IMG/VR virus record: IMGVR_UViG_2675903429_000009
DNA length: 4,515 nt
Direction: 5' to 3' (one strand)
Origin: a virus
Lineage: Duplodnaviria > Heunggongvirae > Uroviricota > Caudoviricetes
Shown: piece after piece, positions 1-4,515 of the stretch
Layout: the number at the start of each line of letters is the position of its first letter
How positions within the stretch are numbered: position 1 is the stretch's first letter
The notes under the pieces: generated by a model
Told to the model about the DNA's origin: nothing
The model's input: only the letters and a program-made list of their open reading frames with translations
The model's database searches: none
Position numbers and translations under genes: made by a program

Positions 1-80
1 GTATAAAAAATCGATGGGGCTGGCAGTCCGGAAGACGTCAGGGTACAGAGATTTGACCCGCCCCTCCCTGTGCATGCGCA

Positions 81-114
81 CAATAAGTAACCGAAGGCGG
101 AATTCCGCCCTCGG
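81..114 (-). terminator. putative intrinsic terminator downstream of the 156-416 ORF
   Basis: Seen in sequence: perfect 14-bp palindrome GGCGGAATTCCGCC (96-109) with extended arms CCGA/TCGG (91-114, one mismatch). On the minus strand it is followed by TTACTTATTG (81-90), a moderately U-rich tail, about 40 nt after the stop of the 156-416 ORF. Confidence 0.4.
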
Positions 115-155
115 TACTCACATATGAGAAACGATATTTCTTCCACCGATACCCT

Positions 156-416
156 TTATTTGGGTATCGCGAGTAAGCCCCAAAATCTGGGTGTTACTCT
201 TACTACCCAAACTACGGGTAGTTTCCGTAGTTTCATAGTCGGTATGTTGCGCATATCCACGCCGTTAAGCTCAATACCGTCACGGCGCATTACCTCATCC
301 ACCACACGCGCATAATTTTCAGCGGTCACGCTGTCCGGTTGCATGGCCTGTTCGTCAACCTGCTGGCTGATTCCGGCGACGCGGCGGATTAATCCCAGTA
401 TTTCGGCTTCTGTCAT
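156..416 (-). CDS. hypothetical protein downstream of the capsid gene (86 aa)
   Basis: ATG at 416-414 preceded by a GGGGG Shine-Dalgarno-like run; stop at 156-158. The first ~60 codons use typical enterobacterial codons; the last ~25 codons are rich in rare codons (CTA, CGG, AGA, ATA) and coincide with a short-repeat array (199-233), so the 3' end is uncertain. No family recognised. The position after the capsid gene would fit a head-completion or connector protein, but that is inference only. Confidence 0.4.
   Translation of the reverse strand: MTEAEILGLIRRVAGISQQVDEQAMQPDSVTAENYARVVDEVMRRDGIELNGVDMRNIPTMKLRKLPVVWVVRVTPRFWGLLAIPK
199..233. repeat. array of 7-mer repeats with 9-bp period (AAACTAC / GTAGTTT)
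   Basis: Seen in sequence: TTACTAC (199-205, degenerate), AAACTAC (209-215), GTAGTTT (218-224), GTAGTTT (227-233). Two direct copies are followed by two inverted copies, each separated by 2 bp. A 9-bp stem AAACTACGG/CCGTAGTTT (209-217 with 225-233) could also form. Confidence 0.5.
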
Positions 417-511
417 TGTGCCCCCATCGCGCTGGTTAAGAAAACAAGCTCAGATTTTTTGTAAAGAATCTGTCACGCTAAAAGATGTCGAACAAAAATT
501 AACCACAATCA

Positions 512-1396
512 TCATCTNNNNNNNNNNNNNNNNNNNNNNNNNNNNNNNNNNNNNNNNNNNNNNNNNNNNNNNNNNNNNNNNNNNNNNNNNNNNNNNNNNN
601 NNNNNNNNNNNNNNNNNNNNNNNNNNNNNNNNNNNNNNNNNNNNNNNNNNNNNNNNNNNNNNNNNNNNNNNNNNNNNNNNNNNNNNNNNNNNNNNNNNNN
701 NNNNNNNNNNNNNNNNNNNNNNNNNNNNNNNNNNNNNNNNNNNNNNNNNNNNNNNNNGTCATTACCGTCAAGATAAGCCACCTCAATTGTGTCCGTTCCC
801 TGTGCTGAAAGCATGTACCATTGCTTATCACTGACTTCATCAAGGCGGGGATCGACAATAATATCCAGTTGTTTGTGGTACGGGTTATATGAACCACTGT
901 TTGTATCGGCACCGAAAGGCGTGGTTGAGTTAACCATTTGCAACGCTCTGTCTTCCAGAGCCGCAGGAACAAGAAGGAATTTTGGCACAATATTCAGCAC
1001 CTCACCGTTTTCATCCCTCTGTGTGCGCATTGCACGGCGTGCAATGCCAAGCCCTGTAGTGCTGACTCCGTTATCAATATCATTTCCGTGTTTTTTGCTG
1101 AACAGCGGTATACCGTCAGAAAGCTTTGTGTTTCCTGTCAGCACCAGATGAACCAGATTACCCACCGTTCTGGCGGCTGCTCGCCCCATTGCCTGTGGGA
1201 TAACTGTTAACTGATTCAGGTCATCGTTAATAATCGCCTGTCGGGTAATGCTGAAAATATTTCCGTAAGTTGCCAGCGCGATTGGTTCGCCACGGTCACT
1301 GGTGGTGATGTATTTATATTCCGCGCCTTCCGGCACTTTGTTTAATGTAGAGAAGCCATTCAGGCCAACACGACGTGCCTCATGGAAGTTTGACAA
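512..1396 (-). CDS. probable phage major capsid protein (3' end uncertain because of the N gap)
   Basis: Long minus-strand ORF (at least 213 real codons before the gap) immediately downstream of, and overlapping, the ClpP-family prohead protease gene, which is the typical protease-capsid gene order. Size is consistent with an HK97-fold capsid protein lacking its own delta domain. The only start codon in frame is TTG (1396-1394) behind an AAAAAAGG purine run; alternatively the ORF is reached by -1 frameshifting from the protease gene. Capsid identity rests on context and general sequence character, not a verified homology hit. Confidence 0.6.
   Translation of the reverse strand: MSNFHEARRVGLNGFSTLNKVPEGAEYKYITTSDRGEPIALATYGNIFSITRQAIINDDLNQLTVIPQAMGRAAARTVGNLVHLVLTGNTKLSDGIPLFSKKHGNDIDNGVSTTGLGIARRAMRTQRDENGEVLNIVPKFLLVPAALEDRALQMVNSTTPFGADTNSGSYNPYHKQLDIIVDPRLDEVSDKQWYMLSAQGTDTIEVAYLDGNDXXXXXXXXXXXXXXXXXXXXXXXXXXXXXXXXXXXXXXXXXXXXXXXXXXXXXXXXXXXXXXXXXXXXXXXXXXXXXXXXR
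518..757. other. assembly gap (240 N) inside the capsid gene
   Basis: Run of N from 518 to 757. Reading-frame continuity across it is unknown, so the 3' end of the capsid ORF (stop at 512-514 in the nominal frame) cannot be trusted. Confidence 0.99.
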
Positions 1397-2505
1397 TGAA
1401 CCTTTTTTCGTCCACTGGCGGAACGTTTCGCCGCTGTGTTCACGGATTTTTCAGCACCACCAGCAAGGATATAAGTAAAATCGCTGCTGCTGTGGGTGAA
1501 TGCCGCGTTTACTATCTGCGAGCGTGTGCTGTAGCTGCCTGTGCTTATGCCGCGATGGGTTAATGATGCCTGTGCCATATCGAAAAGGCTCATCATGGCG
1601 TAAGGGTTGCCGCGTTCTGCCTGTTCATGTCCCAGACGCGCATTAAGCCCCTGACGCATTGCATCGCCGGTTATGTTGCCGTTATCCGTGTACGCGTAGT
1701 AAAGATTTGCGGGGGTGGTTTTGTTTGTCGGTGTCGATTCTTTACCCATAGTGAGTAAAAGGCGTTCGCGTGCATCCTCAACGCTACAGCCTGAATCAGC
1801 AAGACAACTTATAGCCAGGTCGTTATATCTTCCATTGAACGTGCCAAACAATTCACGTATCCCGTTGAGTCGTTCCTGTTCTCCGCTGCCAGTTTTCTGG
1901 CTGATCATGCTTTTAATATTTTCCGGCATATTCGAAAAATCTCCGATTCGTTTTGATTCAATTCTGGCCATTGCTGTAATCGCGGGTATAACCTCATCTG
2001 CGAAGCCATTAGCCTTACACTCATTGCCATCCATCCAGGTTTCCGCCTCCATCATGGCGGTGATTTCCTGTTTGCTCCTGCCCGTTCTTCCGGCGTAGGT
2101 TTCCGCCATCGTGTCGCCCAGCTTGTCCATCAGGTCAGCAAAGCGGCGAACGTCGCCCGACACTCCGGCAGTAACACCACGGGGGGCATGTATCATCATC
2201 ATCGCGTTTTCAGGCATAACGATGTGATCGCCACACATGGCAATAAACGAGGCCATAGAAGCCGCCATGCCTTCAATGTGTACAATTTTCTTTGCCGGAT
2301 GATTTTTCAGGGCGTTATAGATAGCCAGCCCTTCAAAGATGTCGCCACCAGGTGAATGGATGCGAAGATGGATTTCAGGCACATTACCGCACGCGTTGAT
2401 CTCGTCAGTAAGTGCCGATGCTTTTACACCGTACCCGCCGATCTCGTCATAAATGCGTACATGTACAACATCAGCCATAGCCTTAATGGAAAACCATGTT
2501 TTCAT
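1360..2505 (-). CDS. ClpP-family (S14) prohead serine protease with a ~180-aa C-terminal extension (scaffold-like or N-terminal capsid region)
   Basis: The translation contains the ClpP-like catalytic motifs GMAASMAS (Ser) and MMIHAP (His), comparable to ClpP GQAASMGA and MIHQP. ATG at 2505-2503 is preceded by AGGAG 9 nt upstream and overlaps the stop of the upstream small ORF (ATGA). 381 aa. Confidence 0.85.
   Translation of the reverse strand: MKTWFSIKAMADVVHVRIYDEIGGYGVKASALTDEINACGNVPEIHLRIHSPGGDIFEGLAIYNALKNHPAKKIVHIEGMAASMASFIAMCGDHIVMPENAMMMIHAPRGVTAGVSGDVRRFADLMDKLGDTMAETYAGRTGRSKQEITAMMEAETWMDGNECKANGFADEVIPAITAMARIESKRIGDFSNMPENIKSMISQKTGSGEQERLNGIRELFGTFNGRYNDLAISCLADSGCSVEDARERLLLTMGKESTPTNKTTPANLYYAYTDNGNITGDAMRQGLNARLGHEQAERGNPYAMMSLFDMAQASLTHRGISTGSYSTRSQIVNAAFTHSSSDFTYILAGGAEKSVNTAAKRSASGRKKVHCQTSMRHVVLA
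1402..1408 (-). other. candidate -1 ribosomal frameshift slippery heptamer A_AAA_AAG
   Basis: Seen in sequence: the minus strand reads CGA AAA AAG GTT in the protease frame (codons R-K-K-V near the C-terminus), i.e. the X_XXY_YYZ heptamer A_AAA_AAG in the correct phase. The -1 frame continues as GGT TCA TTG TCA AAC TTC CAT..., which is exactly the capsid ORF frame. Confidence 0.4.
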
Positions 2506-2696
2506 AGCCAGGCTCCTAACGTTGCCCTGTACCAGTATTCAACCGCGCTTCTCGCAATCTGCCCTTTCGTGGGTACTGGCATTCCAGGGTGATGACTTTT
2601 AATGAACTGCTGATAGCGTTCGAGCTTCTCCATAGTTCCGGCGTCTATGTGCACTGTTGCACTTTTATCCGGTTTTCTGCTGTTGTTCTCTGGCAT
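2502..2696 (-). CDS. small ribbon-helix-helix-like protein, translationally coupled to the prohead protease
   Basis: The ORF is open from 2729, but the likely start is the ATG at 2696-2694, which sits 7 nt after a GGAGG (2708-2704); the ATG ATG at 2729 has no Shine-Dalgarno sequence. 64 aa. The pattern of a short beta-strand (ATVHID) followed by two helices (AGTMEKLERYQQFIKS and TKGQIARSAVEYWYRA) resembles the Arc/MetJ/CopG fold by eye. The stop overlaps the protease start (ATGA). Confidence 0.45.
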   Translation of the reverse strand: MPENNSRKPDKSATVHIDAGTMEKLERYQQFIKSHHPGMPVPTKGQIARSAVEYWYRATLGAWL

Positions 2697-2769
2697 AAGT
2701 CTGCCTCCGTTATGATTAACGGGCATCATTATTGATCGATAAAACTGGTAAATAAATCATTTTCTATCT

Positions 2770-2799
2770 AAAAATCAGATTATGTATTTTCTGATTTTT
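2770..2799. promoter_or_regulatory. perfect 10-bp inverted repeat AAAAATCAGA-N10-TCTGATTTTT (operator-like)
   Basis: Seen in sequence, 40-70 bp upstream of the RHH/protease/capsid operon start. On the minus strand it overlaps a weak sigma70-like candidate (ATGACA, about 16 nt spacer, TAATCT). Confidence 0.4.
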
Positions 2800-2893
2800 G
2801 TCATACCAGCAAAAGAATTGACTAATTATTGCCACGCCAGCACAATTAAGACTCATCATTTCGGTAGTGGCAGTATCCTTTGTCGCTGACAAA

Positions 2894-2928
2894 GCGCCTC
2901 CGGTGGCACCATCGGGGCGCTTTTTTTT
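2894..2928 (+). terminator. strong intrinsic terminator, plus-strand orientation
   Basis: GC-rich hairpin GCGCC(T)CCGGTG-GCAC-CATCGGGGCGC (2894-2920, about 11 bp with one bulge and one G-U pair) followed by T8 (2921-2928). An alternative hairpin GGCGC-T8-GCGCC (2916-2933) is followed by TGTTTTTT. In minus-strand orientation the hairpin is followed by only three U residues, so it is mainly a plus-strand terminator. Confidence 0.6.
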
Positions 2929-3126
2929 GCGCCTGTTTTTTGTAAATGCTTTCGGGAACGTTCCGGCGTCGAACAAAAAACAACCTAATTCGACACTAAA
3001 AATTTTTATTTTGCCATATATCAATAACTTAAACTGGTGGTGATGGTGACATAAAAATCAAAAAATACGCCTTTTTCCGCGAACCGCCCGCCCCGTGGAC
3101 AGGCCACCCCCACCAGGAGTACCTAC

Positions 3127-3149
3127 AAAAAAGCCGGATTGCTCCGGCT
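3127..3149 (-). terminator. intrinsic terminator of the orf81-ssb operon
   Basis: 7-bp stem AGCCGGA/TCCGGCT with loop TTGC (3132-3149). On the minus strand it is followed by UUUUU (3127-3131) and starts 15 nt after the ssb stop codon. Confidence 0.55.
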
Positions 3150-3164
3150 TCTGTCACTCGTTGC

Positions 3165-3587
3165 TTAAAACGGTATGTTATCCCCGTACGGATCATCATT
3201 CCCCGCCTGTTGTTTGGCCCTGTTCAGTGCATCAGTGGCCTGCCCCTGTTGGCCTTTTTTACCGCCCGGTCGCGCCGTTCTGGCACTGATTACACTGTCT
3301 GCGATAACCTGCCAGCCCTGCCGCGTTTCTCCGTTCTGGCCTGTCCACTGGCTTACCTGCATGTTACCCGCCACGCTCACCAGCTCGCCTTTCTGGTGCT
3401 TTGCCAGTGCGTCAGCCTGTCTGCCAAACGCCAGGACGGATAACCATATCGTCGCCGTTCCGTCATCTGCCTGGCTGCACGGCAGGGGAACCGCCATACT
3501 CGCCATCGTCATTTGCGTACCCTTGCTGGTGGTCTTTAACTGCGGGTCAGCCACCAGCCGCCCGTAAGCCGCTATCTGTGCTGTCAT
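3165..3587 (-). CDS. ssb: single-stranded DNA-binding protein (SSB family), 140 aa
   Basis: The N-terminal OB-fold region aligns by eye with E. coli SSB (IAAYGRLVADPQLK versus VILVGNLGQDPEVR; WLSVLAFGRQADALAKHQKGELVSVAGNMQVSQWTGQNGETRQGWQVIADSV versus [50 protein letters not shown]). A Gly/Gln-rich linker and an acidic tail ending NDDPYGDNIPF match the conserved SSB DDDIPF tip. GGAG Shine-Dalgarno sequence; the ATG overlaps the upstream stop (ATGA). Confidence 0.85.
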   Translation of the reverse strand: MTAQIAAYGRLVADPQLKTTSKGTQMTMASMAVPLPCSQADDGTATIWLSVLAFGRQADALAKHQKGELVSVAGNMQVSQWTGQNGETRQGWQVIADSVISARTARPGGKKGQQGQATDALNRAKQQAGNDDPYGDNIPF

Positions 3588-3829
3588 GCTGTCTGCTCTC
3601 CGGTTTTAACGTTGATGGTTGTCACCTGTTCCGCTTCGGCAATCTCCCGTTCTGTCAGCGTGGCAAAGTTTGCCGCCGTCGTGGTCATGAATGCGCTTAT
3701 CAGTTCGGGATGTGCTTTCGCGTATCCTTCCCCGGCGTTGCGGTCGATGATTTTTATCGCCACCCTCAGCCAGTGTTCTGTCAAATCAAGGGCGTGAGAT
3801 TGTGGTTTTTTGGCGTGCTTCGTTGTCAC
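3584..3829 (-). CDS. hypothetical protein (81 aa) co-transcribed with ssb
   Basis: GTG start at 3829-3827 with GAGG about 9 nt upstream; stop overlaps the ssb ATG. No family recognised from the sequence. Confidence 0.5.
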   Translation of the reverse strand: MTTKHAKKPQSHALDLTEHWLRVAIKIIDRNAGEGYAKAHPELISAFMTTTAANFATLTEREIAEAEQVTTINVKTGEQTA

Positions 3830-3874
3830 AGGCTTTACCTCACAGCAATAAAATAAAATTTTTGCATTTTAACC

Positions 3875-4103
3875 CTTCACCTGTTCACCTTTTGCAATTT
3901 TCCCTTTTTATTCATGATGTTAATGGGTTAACAGTTTCACAAAAACTATTCACCAACTGTTCACCACTGTTCACCCTTAAAGCTCAATAAAGAATCAAAA
4001 AGGTGAACAGTGAATAGTTTGGTGAACAGTTCATAAATAACTGTTCACCCTATAATATACTGATATAAAAGACATTTATTGCAGGGTGAACAGTGGTGAA
4101 CAG
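3875..4103. repeat. iteron array / putative origin of replication (P4-type TGTTCACC octamers)
   Basis: Seen in sequence: perfect CTGTTCACC at 3881-3889, 3957-3965, 3967-3975 and 4041-4049; perfect inverse GGTGAACAG at 4002-4010, 4021-4029, 4085-4093 and 4095-4103; degenerate copies at 3875-3881, 3947-3954 and 4009-4017. Adjacent copies are spaced 10 bp apart. The array is flanked and interspersed by AT-rich stretches (3841-3870, 3895-3950, 4051-4080). From memory, TGTTCACC is the phage P4 type I iteron bound by alpha protein at ori and crr. Confidence 0.75.
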
Positions 4104-4132
4104 TTATTCCATAAGTTTAATTTTTTCCATCG

Positions 4133-4429
4133 TCATTTGTGACCTATTGCACATGATGGCATCCAGTCTTCTGAATCCTCTGTCAGGGTCACATTTGAAC
4201 GCAAACCGTGCTTCGTTTTCCGTTTCATATACTCCCTGCCATATTCCGCCATTGCCCCCGGCATATCTTTACCGAAGCGCGTCAGTGTTACAGGTTTACC
4301 GAATCCGTGTGCCCTCATATATGCCAGATAGGCGTGATAAAGATACCTGCGCGGACTGAACGGAATAATTTCGGCATTACCCACTAACAGACCATCACAC
4401 ATTACCGACGACATGAGGTGTACTGGCAA
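4133..4429 (-). CDS. small ORF resembling the C-terminal region of phage/plasmid primase-helicases (possible gene fragment)
   Basis: The translation contains YLYHAYLAYMRAHGFGKPVTLTRFGKDMPGAM, which matches by eye the conserved Y-x-x-Y-x-x-W-x-(5-6)-x-P-x-S/T-x-x-x-F-G motif found near the C-terminus of P4-alpha/D5-type primase-helicases. The start is weak: TTG at 4429 or ATG at 4414, neither with a clear Shine-Dalgarno sequence, and an in-frame TAG lies at 4439-4441. The two other minus frames are open to the window edge, so a frameshifted longer gene is possible. Confidence 0.4.
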   Translation of the reverse strand: MPVHLMSSVMCDGLLVGNAEIIPFSPRRYLYHAYLAYMRAHGFGKPVTLTRFGKDMPGAMAEYGREYMKRKTKHGLRSNVTLTEDSEDWMPSCAIGHK

Positions 4430-4515
4430 TAGCGGACACTACCATTTGTTCTTTTTTTAAGCAGCCATCTGATGATATTTTTCCCTGAAGGCTGCCGGGG
4501 AGATATTCCCCAGAC

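Noticed and set aside
1-76. Possible partial minus-strand ORF starting at the ATG at 76-74 and running off the window start
   Set aside because: Only about 25 codons are visible, there is no Shine-Dalgarno sequence, and it begins immediately after the terminator-like hairpin. There is insufficient evidence within the window.
124-315. Plus-strand ORF (63 aa) overlapping the 156-416 minus-strand gene
   Set aside because: It is antisense to a minus-strand ORF with better codon usage and a Shine-Dalgarno sequence, has no Shine-Dalgarno sequence of its own, and all supported genes are on the minus strand. The 3' end of the minus gene is itself doubtful, so the rejection is not absolute.
343-990. 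ORFs 343-834 (+) and 499-990 (-), which run through the N gap
   Set aside because: They are artefacts of translating a run of N as X; the real sequence in the gap is unknown.
789-1210. Plus-strand ORFs 789-1151 and 938-1210
   Set aside because: Antisense shadow ORFs within the capsid gene, rich in Ser/Cys/Arg as is typical of the reverse frame; no start signals.
1375-2592. Plus-strand ORFs 1375-1563, 1715-2098 and 2356-2592
   Set aside because: Antisense to the ClpP-family protease gene, which has unambiguous catalytic motifs; low-complexity, hydrophobic translations.
2764-3024. Minus-strand ORF of 86 aa in the intergenic region
   Set aside because: It spans the terminator hairpin and poly-T/poly-A tracts (translating to NRRKKKRPDGATGG), is AT-rich with no ribosome-binding site, and is most likely non-coding.
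3176-3186. DnaA-box-like sequence TTATCCCCG
   Set aside because: A 7/9 match lying inside the ssb coding sequence, with no clustering; most likely chance.
3095-3856. Plus-strand ORFs 3095-3289, 3175-3567, 3210-3443, 3401-3856 and 3612-3797
   Set aside because: Antisense to the ssb and orf81 genes; Cys/Pro/Leu-rich translations typical of the reverse frame of GC-rich coding sequence.
3875-4103. The direct repeats considered as a possible CRISPR array
   Set aside because: The repeats are only 9 bp, occur in both orientations, and have irregular short spacers with no uniform repeat-spacer periodicity. The arrangement is that of iterons.
3802-4359. Plus-strand ORFs 3802-3990 and 4093-4359
   Set aside because: The first lies across the iteron and AT-rich origin region; the second is antisense to the primase-C-terminal-like ORF. 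Neither has ribosome-binding support.
1-4515. tRNA or attachment-site signatures
   Set aside because: No T-loop-like GGTTCGAATCC motif or cloverleaf-compatible segment was found by eye, and no long direct repeats suggest att sites. This cannot be excluded without a dedicated tRNA scan.

Overview
This window looks like a phage-derived segment (prophage or phage-satellite-like), with every credible gene on the minus strand. Reading from high to low coordinate: a small ORF (4133-4429) resembling the C-terminal region of phage/plasmid primase-helicases; an AT-rich iteron array (3875-4103) with 8 perfect copies of the 9-mer CTGTTCACC in both orientations, which I recall as the phage P4 type I iteron, so a probable replication origin; a translationally coupled orf81-ssb pair (3165-3829) with an intrinsic terminator; a 435-bp non-coding region (2730-3164) carrying a strong plus-strand terminator and a perfect 10-bp inverted repeat; then a head-morphogenesis operon of a small ribbon-helix-helix-like protein, a ClpP-family prohead protease with a long C-terminal extension, and a probable major capsid protein interrupted by a 240-N assembly gap (518-757); finally a small ORF and a hairpin terminator. 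The most notable observation is a canonical -1 frameshift heptamer A_AAA_AAG, in phase, inside the 37-nt protease/capsid overlap. I saw no rRNA, tRNA, CRISPR array, transposase or integrase. All protein family calls are from reading the translations by eye; no database search was run.
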